Part shown: positions 18,180 through 28,215 of the stretch, in pieces
Layout of the letters: every line of letters starts with the position of its first letter
Numbering within the stretch: position 1 is the first letter of the stretch
From: a virus
Taxonomy: Duplodnaviria; Heunggongvirae; Uroviricota; Caudoviricetes
DNA length: 34,178 nucleotides
Direction: 5' to 3' (one strand)
Virus record (IMG/VR): IMGVR_UViG_2534681772_000018
Program-made: the position numbers and the translations under genes
The notes under the pieces: model-generated
What the model was told of the DNA's origin: nothing
Database searches by the model: none
The model's input: the letters and a program-made list of their open reading frames with translations, nothing else

Positions 18180-18624
18180 GTTTAAGCGTTTTGAAGACCG
18201 GCTGACCGGGCTGATTGAATCGCTGTCACCGTCAGGGCGTCGGCGACTGAGCGCCGAACTGGCGAAACGTCTGCGTCAGAGTCAGCAGCGTCGGGTGATG
18301 GCACAGAAAGCCCCGGACGGCACCCCCTACGCGCCACGTCAGCAGCAGAGCGCCAGAAAAAAGACCGGTCGCGTTAAGCGAAAAATGTTTGCGAAACTTA
18401 TCACCAGTCGTTTTTTGCATATCCGCGCCAGCCCGGAACAGGCATCAATGGAATTTTACGGCGGGAAGTCGCCGAAAATCGCCAGTGTGCATCAGTTCGG
18501 TCTGTCGGAAGAAACCCGGAAAGACGGTAAGAAAATTGATTATCCGGCGCGTCCTCTGCTCGGCTTTACCGGTGAGGATGTGCAGATGATTGAAGAGATT
18601 ATCCTGGCTCACCTCGACCGTTAG
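18172..18624 (+). CDS. S: Tail completion protein S (P2 gpS)
   Basis: 150-aa ORF, same length as P2 S, overlapping the R stop. Confidence 0.85.
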   Translation: MNEFKRFEDRLTGLIESLSPSGRRRLSAELAKRLRQSQQRRVMAQKAPDGTPYAPRQQQSARKKTGRVKRKMFAKLITSRFLHIRASPEQASMEFYGGKSPKIASVHQFGLSEETRKDGKKIDYPARPLLGFTGEDVQMIEEIILAHLDR

Positions 18625-18690
18625 TTGTGCCATTCCCGACACCTCATCGTCACATTGCCGCCGGTATGACCCGGCGGCATCCTTCCCGTT

Positions 18691-19326
18691 ATGAACACTC
18701 TCGCAAATATTCAGGAACTCGCGCGCGCACTGCGCAACATGATACGCACCGGCATTATCGTCGAAACCGACCTTAACGCCGGTCGCTGCCGTGTGCAGAC
18801 CGGCGGCATGTGCACCGACTGGCTTCAGTGGCTGACCCATCGCGCCGGACGTTCGCGCACGTGGTGGGCACCTTCCGAGGGGGAACAGGTGCTGATTCTG
18901 GCCGTGGGCGGTGAACTCGACACAGCGTTCGTTCTGCCGGGGATTTATTCCGGTGATAACCCCGCGCCGTCTGCGTCGGCGGATGCCCTGCATATCCGTT
19001 TCCCTGACGGGGCGGTGATTGAGTATGAACCCGAAACCAGTGCACTCACGGTAAGCGGAATTAAAACGGCCAGCGTGACGGCTTCTGATTCTGTTACTGC
19101 CACGGTGCCGGTGGTCATGGTGAAAGCGTCAACCCGCATCACCCTGGACACCCCGGAGGTGGTCTGCACCAACAGACTGATTACCGGCGCGCTGGAAGTG
19201 CAGAAGGGCGGGACGATGCGCGGCAACATTAAACATACCGGCGGTGAACTCTCATCAAACGGTAAGGTACTGCATACCCATAAACACCCCGGCGACAGCG
19301 GCGGCACAACCGGGAGTCCTCTATGA
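18691..19326 (+). CDS. V: Baseplate spike / assembly protein V (P2 gpV)
   Basis: 211-aa ORF, same length as P2 V; begins the baseplate operon after a 66-bp intergenic region. Confidence 0.9.
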   Translation: MNTLANIQELARALRNMIRTGIIVETDLNAGRCRVQTGGMCTDWLQWLTHRAGRSRTWWAPSEGEQVLILAVGGELDTAFVLPGIYSGDNPAPSASADALHIRFPDGAVIEYEPETSALTVSGIKTASVTASDSVTATVPVVMVKASTRITLDTPEVVCTNRLITGALEVQKGGTMRGNIKHTGGELSSNGKVLHTHKHPGDSGGTTGSPL

Positions 19327-19670
19327 CAGCGCGTTATCTTGGAATGAATCGCAGTGATGGCCTGACTGTCACTGACCTTGAGCATATCAGCCAGAGTATC
19401 GGCGATATCCTGCGCACGCCGGTCGGCTCACGGGTGATGCGTCGTGATTACGGCTCATTGCTGGCGTCAATGATTGACCAGCCGCAGACCCCGGCGCTTG
19501 AGTTACAGATTAAGGTCGCCTGTTACATGGCGGTGCTGAAATGGGAACCCCGCGTCACCCTGTCATCCGTCACCACTGAGCGCAGTTTTGACGGGCGAAT
19601 GACAGTTACGTTAACCGGCCAGCACAACGACACCGGCCAGCAACTTTCGTTAACCATCCCTGTGAGTTGA
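19323..19670 (+). CDS. W: Baseplate protein W (gp25-like, P2 gpW)
   Basis: 115-aa ORF, same length as P2 W, overlapping the V stop. Confidence 0.85.
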   Translation: MTARYLGMNRSDGLTVTDLEHISQSIGDILRTPVGSRVMRRDYGSLLASMIDQPQTPALELQIKVACYMAVLKWEPRVTLSSVTTERSFDGRMTVTLTGQHNDTGQQLSLTIPVS

Positions 19671-19674
19671 AACC

Positions 19675-20583
19675 ATGCCGATTATCGACCTGAACCAGCT
19701 ACCCGCACCGGATGTGGTCGAGGAGCTGGACTTTGAAACCATTCTTGCCGAACGCAAGGCGACACTGATTTCCCTTTACCCGGAAGACCAGCAGGAGGCG
19801 GTTGCCCGTACCCTGACGCTGGAATCCGAGCCTCTCGTCAAACTGCTGGAGGAAAATGCTTATCGTGAGCTTATCTGGCGTCAGCGTGTGAATGAGGCCG
19901 CACGGGCGGTAATGCTGGCCTGTGCCGCCGGTAATGACCTTGATGTGATTGGTGCCAATTACAACACCACACGCCTGATTATCACCCCGGCAGATGATTC
20001 GACCATCCCGCCGACACCGGCAGTGATGGAATCTGACACCGATTATCGGCTGCGTATTCAGCAGGCGTTTGAAGGTTTAAGCGTCGCCGGGTCGGTGGGT
20101 GCCTATCAGTATCATGGCCGCAGTGCCGACGGGCGTGTCGCGGATATCTCTGTCACCAGTCCGTCTCCGGCCTGCGTCACTATCTCTGTGCTGTCACGTG
20201 AAAATAACGGTGTCGCATCCGAAGACCTGCTGGCGGTGGTGCGTAACGCCCTTAATGGCGAGGACGTCAGGCCGGTGGCCGACCGCGTGACCGTGCAGTC
20301 TGCCGCCATCGTTGAATACCAGATAAACGCCACGCTTTACCTTTACCCTGGTCCCGAAAGCGAACCCATACGCGCTGCCGCCGTGAAAAAACTGGAAGCG
20401 TATATCACGGCACAGCACCGGCTGGGGCGCGATATCCGACTGTCTGCCATTTATGCCGCTTTGCATGTGGAAGGCGTGCAGCGTGTCGAACTGGCTGCAC
20501 CGCTGGCCGATATCGTGCTTAACAGCACGCAGGCGTCTTTCTGTACCGAATACCGCGTCGTGACCGGAGGCTCGGATGAGTGA
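19675..20583 (+). CDS. J: Baseplate wedge protein J (P2 gpJ)
   Basis: 302-aa ORF, same length as P2 J. Confidence 0.9.
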   Translation: MPIIDLNQLPAPDVVEELDFETILAERKATLISLYPEDQQEAVARTLTLESEPLVKLLEENAYRELIWRQRVNEAARAVMLACAAGNDLDVIGANYNTTRLIITPADDSTIPPTPAVMESDTDYRLRIQQAFEGLSVAGSVGAYQYHGRSADGRVADISVTSPSPACVTISVLSRENNGVASEDLLAVVRNALNGEDVRPVADRVTVQSAAIVEYQINATLYLYPGPESEPIRAAAVKKLEAYITAQHRLGRDIRLSAIYAALHVEGVQRVELAAPLADIVLNSTQASFCTEYRVVTGGSDE

Positions 20584-21106
20584 TTCGCGACTGCTGCCGA
20601 CCGGCTCATCACCGCTTGAAGTCGCCGCCGCAAAAGCCTGTGCGGAAATTGAAAAAACGCCGGTCAGGATTCGTGAGCTGTGGAACCCGGACACCTGCCC
20701 GGCAAATTTGCTGCCGTGGCTGGCGTGGGCGTTTTCGGTCGACAGATGGGATGAAAAGTGGCCGGAAGCGACAAAACGCGCCGTTATCCGCGATGCCTAT
20801 TTCATCCACTGTCATAAAGGCACTATCGGCGCAATCCGGCGTGTGGTGGAGCCGCTCGGCTATCTCATCAACGTGACGGAGTGGTGGGAAAACAGTGACC
20901 CGCCCGGCACCTTCCGGCTCGATATTGGTGTACTGGAAAGCGGTATCACAGAGGCAATGTATCAGGAAATGGAACGGCTGATTGCTGATGCCAAACCTGC
21001 AAGCCGTCACCTTATTGGTCTGAACATTACCCGGGACATTCCCGGCTACCTGTTCGCCGGTGGTGTGGCTTATGACGGCGATGTAATTACGGTTTACCCC
21101 GGATAA
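20576..21106 (+). CDS. I: Baseplate protein I (P2 gpI)
   Basis: 176-aa ORF, same length as P2 I, overlapping the J stop. Confidence 0.85.
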   Translation: MSDSRLLPTGSSPLEVAAAKACAEIEKTPVRIRELWNPDTCPANLLPWLAWAFSVDRWDEKWPEATKRAVIRDAYFIHCHKGTIGAIRRVVEPLGYLINVTEWWENSDPPGTFRLDIGVLESGITEAMYQEMERLIADAKPASRHLIGLNITRDIPGYLFAGGVAYDGDVITVYPG

Positions 21107-21116
21107 GTGAGGAATA

Positions 21117-22309
21117 ATGAGCACAAAATTCAGAACCGTTATCACCACTGCCGGTGCAGCAAAGCTGGCAGCGGCAACCGCGCCGGGAGGGCGGAAGGTC
21201 AACATTACCACGATGGCCGTCGGGGATGGCGGTGGTAAATTGCCTGTCCCGGATGCCGGACAGACCGGGCTTATCCACGAAGTCTGGCGACATGCGCTGA
21301 ACAAAATCAGCCAGGACAAACGAAACAGTAATTATATTATCGCAGAGCTGGTTATTCCGCCGGAGGTGGGCGGTTTCTGGATGCGTGAGCTTGGCCTGTA
21401 CGATGATGCGGGAACGTTAATTGCCGTGGCGAACATGGCCGAAAGTTATAAGCCAGCTCTTGCCGAAGGCTCAGGGCGTTCGCAGACCTGCCGCATGGTC
21501 ATCATCGTCAGCAGTGTGGCCTCAGTGGAGCTGACCATTGACACCACAACGGTGATGGCGACGCAGGATTACGTTGATGACAAAATTGCAGAGCACGAAC
21601 AGTCACGACGTCACCCGGACGCCTCGCTGACCGCAAAAGGTTTTACTCAGTTAAGCAGTGCGACCAACAGCATGTCTGAAATGCTTGCCGCAACGCCAAA
21701 AGCCGTTAAGACGGTAATGGATGAAACGAACAAGAAAGCGCCATTAAACAGCCCTGTACTGACCGGAACGCCAACGACGCCAACTGCGCGACAGGGAACG
21801 AATAATACTCAGATCGCAAACACGGCTTTCGTTATGGCCGCGATTGCCGCCCTTGTAGACTCGTCGCCTGACGCACTGAATACGCTGAACGAGCTGGCGG
21901 CGGCGCTGGGCAATGACCCGAATTTTGCTACCACCATGACTAATGCGCTTGCGGGTAAGCAACCGAAAGATGCTACCCTGACGGCGCTGGCGGGGCTTGC
22001 TACTGCGGCAGACAGGTTTCCGTATTTTACGGGGAATGATGTTGCCAGCCTGGCAACCCTGACAAAAGTCGGGCGGGATATTCTGGCTAAATCGACCGTT
22101 GCCGCCGTTATCGAATATCTCGGTTTACAGGAAACGGTAAACCGAGCCGGGAACGCCGTGCAAAAAAATGGCGATACCTTGTCCGGTGGACTTACTTTTG
22201 AAAACGACTCAATCCTTGCCTGGATTCGAAATACTGACTGGGCGAAGATTGGATTTAAAAATGATGCCGATGGTGACACTGATTCATTCATGTGGTTTGA
22301 AACGGGGGA
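21117..22309 (+). pseudogene. H: Tail fibre protein H, 5' fragment, interrupted by IS2
   Basis: ORF begins at 21117 after I and reads ...FMWFETGD up to the IS2 boundary at 22310. The track ORF 21117..22481 continues into IS2 sequence before a stop. Confidence 0.85.
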
Positions 22310-22320
22310 TGGATTTGCCC

Positions 22321-23226
22321 CTATATTTCCAGACACCTGTTATCACTTAACCCATTACTGGCCTGCTGCCGCAGATATTCCCGTGGCGAGCGATAACCCA
22401 GTGCACTATGCGGATGCCATTCGTTATAATGCTCGAACGCCTCTGCAAGGTTCTTTGCTGCCGTTAACCCGTCTGGTTTAGGCATGATACTGATGTAGTC
22501 ACGCTTTATCGTTTTCACGAAGCTCTCTGCTATGCCGTTACTCTCCGGACTCCGCACCGCCGTGTTCTTCGGTTCAAGCCCCAACATCCGGGCAAACTGC
22601 CGTGTTTCATTAGCCCGGTAGCATGAACCATTATCCGTCAGCCACTCTACTGGAGACGCCGGAAGCTCGTTGCCGAAGCGGCGTTCCACCGCTCCCAGCA
22701 TTACGTCCTGTACTGTTTCACTGTCGAAGCCGCCCGTAGTGACTGCCCAGTGCAGTGCCTCACGGTCACAGCAGTCCAGCGCGAACGTGACTCGCAGTTT
22801 TTCTCCGTTATCACAGCGGAACTCGAACCCGTCAGAGCACCATCGTTGATTGCTTTCTTTCACGGCCACTTTGCCAGTATGTGCCCGTTTCGATGGCGGT
22901 ACAGCGGTTTTTCGCTCAAGCAACAGCGCATTCTGGCGCATGATCCGGTAAACACGTTTGGCATTGATCGCAGGCATACCATCAAGTTCGGCCTGTCTGC
23001 GAAGCAGCGCCCATACCCGACGATAACCATACGTGGGCAGCTCTCCGATAACATGGTGTATACGGAGAAGCACATCCGTATCATCTGAGTGACGGCTGCG
23101 GCGACCATCTTTCCAGTCATCGGTTCGTCTGAGAATTACGTGCAACTGCGCACGCGACACCCGGAGACAACGGCTGACTAAGCTTACTCCCCATCCCCGG
23201 GCAATAAGGGCGCGTGCGCTATCCAC
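22321..23226 (-). CDS. insD: IS2 transposase OrfB (InsD, DDE catalytic domain); normally expressed as an OrfAB fusion by -1 frameshift
   Basis: 301-aa [33 protein letters not shown]... recognised as IS2 InsD; overlaps the end of orfA in the -1 frame. Confidence 0.9.
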
Positions 23227-23549
23227 TTTTTTGCACGCCCGTATTCAACGGCTTCTTTAAGGAGTTCATTTTCCATCGTTTTTTTGCCGAGCAGGCGCTG
23301 GAGTTCTTTAATCTGCTTCATGGCAGCAGCAAGTTCAGAGGCAGGAACGACCTGCTCTCCTGCGGCCACAGCAGTAAGACTTCCCTCCTGGTATTGCTTG
23401 CGCCAGAGAAATAACTGGCTGGCTGCCACACCGTGTTGCCGGGCAACAAGGGAGACCGTCATTCCCGGTTCAAAACTCTGCTGAACAATAGCGATCTTTT
23501 CCTGTGTAGTACGCCGTCTGCGTTTCTCCGGTCCTAAGACATCAATCAT
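23184..23549 (-). CDS. insC: IS2 transposase OrfA (InsC, HTH DNA-binding)
   Basis: 121-aa ORF from ATG 23549 ([29 protein letters not shown]...) recognised as IS2 InsC. Confidence 0.9.
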
Positions 23550-23640
23550 CTGCTCTCCAATGACTAGTCTAAAAACTAGTATTAAGACTATCACTTATTT
23601 AAGTGATATTGGTTGTCTGGAGATTCAGGGGGCCAGTCTA

Positions 23641-24474
23641 GGGGATAACGGCAATGAATATTTCAAATGGAGAAGCCGCCAGAGTACTACAACAAAAGAC
23701 CTGATGAATCTTAAATGGGATGCTTTGTATGTTCTTGTCAATGCCATTGTAAATGGCGAAGTCATATCAAAATCAGCAAACGGCCTACGTATTGCTTATG
23801 GTAATTACGGATTCTTTATTCGTAATGATGGTTCAAATACATACTTCATGTTGACAAACTCCGGTGACAACATGGGGACTTATAACGGATTAAGGCCATT
23901 ATGGATTAATAACGCTACTGGCGCTGTTTCGATGGGGCGTGGCCTTAATGTTTCAGGGGAGACGCTTTCAGACCGTTTTGCTATTAACAGCAGTAATGGT
24001 ATGTGGATTCAGATGCGCGATAACAACGCTATCTTTGGGAAAAATATAGTTAACACTGATAGCGCTCAGGCGTTGCTTCGCCAGAATCACGCTGACCGCA
24101 AGTTCATGATAGGTGGACTGGGGAACAAGCAATTTGGCATCTACATGATTAATAACTCAAGGACAGCCAATGGCACCGATGGTCAGGCGTACATGGATAA
24201 TAACGGTAACTGGCTTTGTGGCTCGCAAGTTATTCCCGGCAACTATGGCAATTTTGATTCCAGATATGTGAAAGATGTTCGACTTGGTTCACAGCAATAT
24301 TATGGAGTTAACAACTGGCAAACATGGAATTTCCAGTGCCCGTCAGGTCATGTATTGTCTGGTATTAATGTTCAGGATACAGGGTCCAACTCTGCCGATA
24401 ATATAGCGGGCGTTTATTACAGACCCGTTCAAAAGTATATAAATGGCACCTGGTATAATGTAGCGAGCGTTTAA
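23641..24474 (+). pseudogene. H: Tail fibre protein H, 3' fragment (C-terminal receptor-binding region)
   Basis: Reading frame continues ...DNGNEYFKWRSRQ... to a TAA at 24472-24474. Removing IS2 plus one copy of the 5-bp duplication (1336 bp) joins it in-frame to the 5' fragment, giving an uninterrupted H ORF of about 673 codons. The track ORF 23560..24474 begins inside IS2. Confidence 0.85.
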
Positions 24475-24475
24475 T

Positions 24476-25003
24476 ATGATGCACTTAAAGAACATAAAAG
24501 CGGGTAACGCTAAAACACTGGAACAGTATGAGTTAACAAAGAAACACGGAGTTATCTGGCTTTACTCTGAGGACGGAAAAAACTGGTATGAGGAAGTGAA
24601 GAACTTTCAGCCAGACACAATAAAGATTGTTTACGATGAAAATAATATTATTGTCGCTATCACCAGAGATGCTTCAACGCTTAATCCTGAAGGTTTTAGC
24701 GTTGTTGAGGTTCCTGATATTACCTCCAACCGACGTGCTGACGACTCAGGTAAATGGATGTTTAAGGATGGTGCTGTGGTTAAACGGATTTATACGGCAG
24801 ATGAACAGCAACAACAGGCAGAATCACAAAAGGCAGCGTTACTTTCCGAAGCGGAAAGCGTTATTCAGCCACTGGAACGCGCTGTCAGGCTGAATATGGC
24901 GACGGATGAGGAACGTGCACGACTGGAGTCATGGGAACGCTACAGCGTTCTGGTCAGCCGTGTGGATCCTGCAAATCCTGAATGGCCGGAAATGCCGCAA
25001 TAA
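24476..25003 (+). CDS. G: Tail fibre assembly chaperone (P2 gpG)
   Basis: 175-aa ORF, same length as P2 G, immediately downstream of H. Confidence 0.85.
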   Translation: MMHLKNIKAGNAKTLEQYELTKKHGVIWLYSEDGKNWYEEVKNFQPDTIKIVYDENNIIVAITRDASTLNPEGFSVVEVPDITSNRRADDSGKWMFKDGAVVKRIYTADEQQQQAESQKAALLSEAESVIQPLERAVRLNMATDEERARLESWERYSVLVSRVDPANPEWPEMPQ

Positions 25004-25218
25004 GTTGTATGAGCTCTAGTGTGGGCTTACATATCTATGGCACAGAGTAAAGCCTAATCTGACAGTCCACTCTGTGCCAGAGGTGGGCATTGCTGATGTC
25101 ATAAAATATTATGCCAGCAGCCGTCTTAGGGGAGTGTTTACATTTCAATGATCGGGTATGATCTCGGCATGTTAATGGTTTATTACTAAATGCTTGCGCC
25201 TATCTTTATGGAGGAGTA

Positions 25219-26118
25219 ATGAGTGGTATTCGTATAACTCAGGCTATTGATAACAATCAGATTTTAGTCAATGTAAATACTTTTAATTATAGTGTTAATC
25301 CCTATCCACTCAAATGTCCTGACCCAAATTGCTCTGCTCATTTGGTGTATGTCAAAAGCCATATTCGTCGGAGTTTTAATAAAACCTTGCATATCCCCGC
25401 CTTCTTTAGACTGGAAAAAAATTTCACGCATGACAAATTATGTCAGTATGGAACTTCAGGATTGAATACAATTTATGCAAGTGATTCCAGTCATGATATC
25501 AGCCGTGCGCTTGCCACAGGTAATAATATATTCCGTATACATATACTCGATGAAGATGATATCTCTAAATTAAGCAGAAAAGCTGCAGCTATGCAGGCAA
25601 ATCCACCTTCTGATACTACAGACCGCGTTTATGTCAAGAGAGGTCGGAAAGCCCCCTATGTGAAGAACATGGATAGCTTACGGGAGATCTATGAATATGG
25701 AAAAGCTCACCCCAACAAGAGAAACAGCATAAAAATTGTTACTGGAACAAGTACTGTAACGTGGTCTGATTTTTTCTATGAAACAACGCAGTTAGAACGA
25801 TTGTCAACTTACCTCCAGAAAGTAAAAATAGCTCAGGTTGCTGTAATTATGAAAGTGCATGTGGCGAGAATCCCTATGGCGAAATTTAATTATCGACACT
25901 TCATTGAAGGTTCGCCAATGAGGATAAAAGGGGGCTTTAATATATATCCTACGATTCAATTAGGAAATGTTACTCCAAAATTATTTCCGTTGAGTAGCAT
26001 TGTCATGGTACTCGGTAAATTTACTATTCCAACAAATAGAAAAATGATAATGGATCCAACATTTGAGCGTGAAGTCAGAACCATAGTTTCTAGTGAAGAG
26101 CAAGTGCTAATTCTTTGA
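25219..26118 (+). CDS. Hypothetical protein (299 aa) at the P2 Z/fun accessory locus; candidate defence/exclusion gene
   Basis: AT-rich ORF between G and FI, the position of Z/fun in P2. GGAGGAG precedes the ATG. N-terminal Cys/His cluster (KCPDPNCSAHL...H...C). No similarity to structural genes that I can recognise. Confidence 0.6.
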   Translation: MSGIRITQAIDNNQILVNVNTFNYSVNPYPLKCPDPNCSAHLVYVKSHIRRSFNKTLHIPAFFRLEKNFTHDKLCQYGTSGLNTIYASDSSHDISRALATGNNIFRIHILDEDDISKLSRKAAAMQANPPSDTTDRVYVKRGRKAPYVKNMDSLREIYEYGKAHPNKRNSIKIVTGTSTVTWSDFFYETTQLERLSTYLQKVKIAQVAVIMKVHVARIPMAKFNYRHFIEGSPMRIKGGFNIYPTIQLGNVTPKLFPLSSIVMVLGKFTIPTNRKMIMDPTFEREVRTIVSSEEQVLIL

Positions 26119-26312
26119 AATCAAGAGGATTTGGCTCGGATGATTATGTGCGGCTTATAACCATAACGTAATGAGCGGATTTTTCTACTGCTTTTTATCA
26201 TTTTGGTTAACTAAAACTAATCTCTGCTCCTCGCTCAAAGCAGACTGTCAGATTTGATAGCGTTTTGGCTATGTAAATTGTCAGTCGGAAAATGAGTGAG
26301 TACAAATCAGGA

Positions 26313-26342
26313 CAGGCGGGCGAATTGCCTGCCTTTTCTTTA
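26313..26342 (+). terminator. Rho-independent terminator downstream of the Z/fun-locus cargo gene
   Basis: AGGCGGGC-GAATT-GCCTGCCT hairpin (one G-U pair) followed by TTTTCTTTAT. Confidence 0.55.
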
Positions 26343-26437
26343 TCTGTTGTTTCATCCACTGACCAGCCAGGTCAAATAGCGTCTCATGCTCTGCACAACA
26401 GAAAATAGTTGCACCCATTAACCACGGAGTTAAACGG

Positions 26438-27628
26438 ATGAGCGACTATCATCATGGCGTGCAGGTGCTGGAGATTAACGACGGCACCCGCGTCATTTCC
26501 ACTGTATCCACCGCCATTGTCGGCATGGTCTGCACGGCCAGCGATGCGGATGCGGAAACCTTCCCCCTCAATAAACCGGTGCTGATTACCAATGTGCAGA
26601 GCGCAATTGCAAAGGCTGGTAAAAAAGGCACGCTGGCGGCATCGTTGCAGGCCATCGCTGACCAGTCAAAACCGGTCACCGTTGTTGTGCGTGTGGAAGA
26701 CGGCACCGGCGACGACGAGGAAACGAAACTCGCGCAGACCGTATCCAATATCATCGGCACCACCGACGAAAACGGTCAGTACACCGGACTGAAAGCCCTG
26801 CTGGCGGCGGAGTCGGTAACCGGTGTTAAACCGCGTATTCTCGGCGTGCCGGGGCTGGATACCAAAGAGGTGGCTGTTGCACTGGCATCAGTCTGTCAGA
26901 AGCTGCGCGCTTTCGGGTATATCAGCGCATGGGGCTGTAAAACCATTTCCGAGGTGAAAGCCTACCGCCAGAATTTCAGCCAGCGTGAGCTGATGGTCAT
27001 CTGGCCAGATTTCCTCGCATGGGATACGGTCACCAGTACCACCGCCACCGCGTATGCCACCGCCCGTGCGCTGGGTCTGCGCGCTAAAATCGACCAGGAG
27101 CAGGGCTGGCATAAAACGCTGTCCAATGTCGGGGTAAACGGTGTTACCGGCATCAGTGCCTCTGTATTCTGGGATTTGCAGGAGTCCGGCACCGATGCTG
27201 ACCTGTTGAACGAGTCAGGTGTCACAACGCTGATTCGCCGTGACGGTTTCCGCTTCTGGGGTAACCGTACCTGCTCTGATGACCCGCTGTTCCTCTTTGA
27301 AAACTACACCCGCACCGCGCAGGTGCTGGCCGACACGATGGCTGAGGCGCACATGTGGGCGGTGGACAAGCCCATCACCGCAACGCTGATTCGCGACATC
27401 GTTGACGGCATCAATGCCAAATTCCGTGAGCTGAAAACAAACGGCTATATCGTGGATGCGACCTGCTGGTTCAGCGAAGAATCCAACGATGCGGAAACCC
27501 TCAAGGCCGGAAAACTGTATATCGACTACGACTATACACCGGTGCCTCCTCTTGAAAACCTGACCCTGCGCCAGCGTATTACCGATAAATACCTGGCAAA
27601 TCTGGTCACCTCGGTTAACAGCAATTAA
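26438..27628 (+). CDS. FI: Contractile tail sheath protein (P2 gpFI)
   Basis: 396-aa ORF, same length as P2 FI; GGAG upstream; followed by the tube gene. Confidence 0.9.
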   Translation: MSDYHHGVQVLEINDGTRVISTVSTAIVGMVCTASDADAETFPLNKPVLITNVQSAIAKAGKKGTLAASLQAIADQSKPVTVVVRVEDGTGDDEETKLAQTVSNIIGTTDENGQYTGLKALLAAESVTGVKPRILGVPGLDTKEVAVALASVCQKLRAFGYISAWGCKTISEVKAYRQNFSQRELMVIWPDFLAWDTVTSTTATAYATARALGLRAKIDQEQGWHKTLSNVGVNGVTGISASVFWDLQESGTDADLLNESGVTTLIRRDGFRFWGNRTCSDDPLFLFENYTRTAQVLADTMAEAHMWAVDKPITATLIRDIVDGINAKFRELKTNGYIVDATCWFSEESNDAETLKAGKLYIDYDYTPVPPLENLTLRQRITDKYLANLVTSVNSN

Positions 27629-27640
27629 GGAGCCTGACCG

Positions 27641-28159
27641 ATGGCAATGCCGCGCAAACTCAAGTTAATGAACGTCTTTCTGAACGGCTACAGCTATCAG
27701 GGCGTCGCGAAGTCCGTCACGCTACCAAAACTGACCCGTAAGCTCGAAAACTATCGCGGTGCGGGGATGAACGGCAGCGCACCGGTAGACCTCGGCCTTG
27801 ATGACGATGCGCTGTCAATGGAGTGGTCGCTCGGTGGCTTCCCGGATTCGGTTATCTGGGAGCTTTACGCCGCAACCGGTGTGGATGCCGTACCGATTCG
27901 TTTTGCAGGCTCTTACCAGCGCGACGATACCGGCGAAACGGTGGCCGTCGAGGTGGTCATGCGTGGACGTCAGAAAGAAATCGACACCGGCGAGGGCAAA
28001 CAGGGAGAAGACACCGAGTCGAAAATCTCCGTGGTCTGCACCTATTTCCGGCTGACGATGGACGGTAAGGAGCTGGTCGAAATCGACACCATCAACATGA
28101 TTGAGAAGGTGAACGGCGTCGACCGGCTGGAGCAACACCGCCGCAATATCGGCCTGTGA
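27641..28159 (+). CDS. FII: Tail tube protein (P2 gpFII)
   Basis: 172-aa ORF, same length as P2 FII. Confidence 0.9.
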   Translation: MAMPRKLKLMNVFLNGYSYQGVAKSVTLPKLTRKLENYRGAGMNGSAPVDLGLDDDALSMEWSLGGFPDSVIWELYAATGVDAVPIRFAGSYQRDDTGETVAVEVVMRGRQKEIDTGEGKQGEDTESKISVVCTYFRLTMDGKELVEIDTINMIEKVNGVDRLEQHRRNIGL

Positions 28160-28215
28160 TTTTCATCCGGTCAGCCTGGCTGACCGGTTAACCCCGATTC
28201 AGAAGTGAGAAAACC

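Larger units (their letters stand above)
22310..23640 (-). mobile_element. IS2 insertion sequence (IS3 family), complete, 1331 bp, with 5-bp target-site duplication GGGGA
   Basis: Terminal sequence TGGATTTGCCCCTATATTTCCAGACA at 22310 and, on the reverse complement at 23640, TAGACTGGCCCCCTGAATCTCCAGACAACC; both match IS2 ends as I recall them. Length is 1331 bp. Direct repeats GGGGA at 22305-22309 and 23641-23645. Contains InsC and InsD ORFs on the minus strand. Confidence 0.95.

Noticed and set aside
18625-18690. Ogr-dependent late promoter boxes (TGT-N12-ACA dyads) upstream of V, FI and the P/O divergent region
   Set aside because: I found only imperfect candidates (for example TGT-N12-ACC upstream of V) and cannot place any confidently by eye. 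Late promoters are expected at these positions but are not reported as mapped features.
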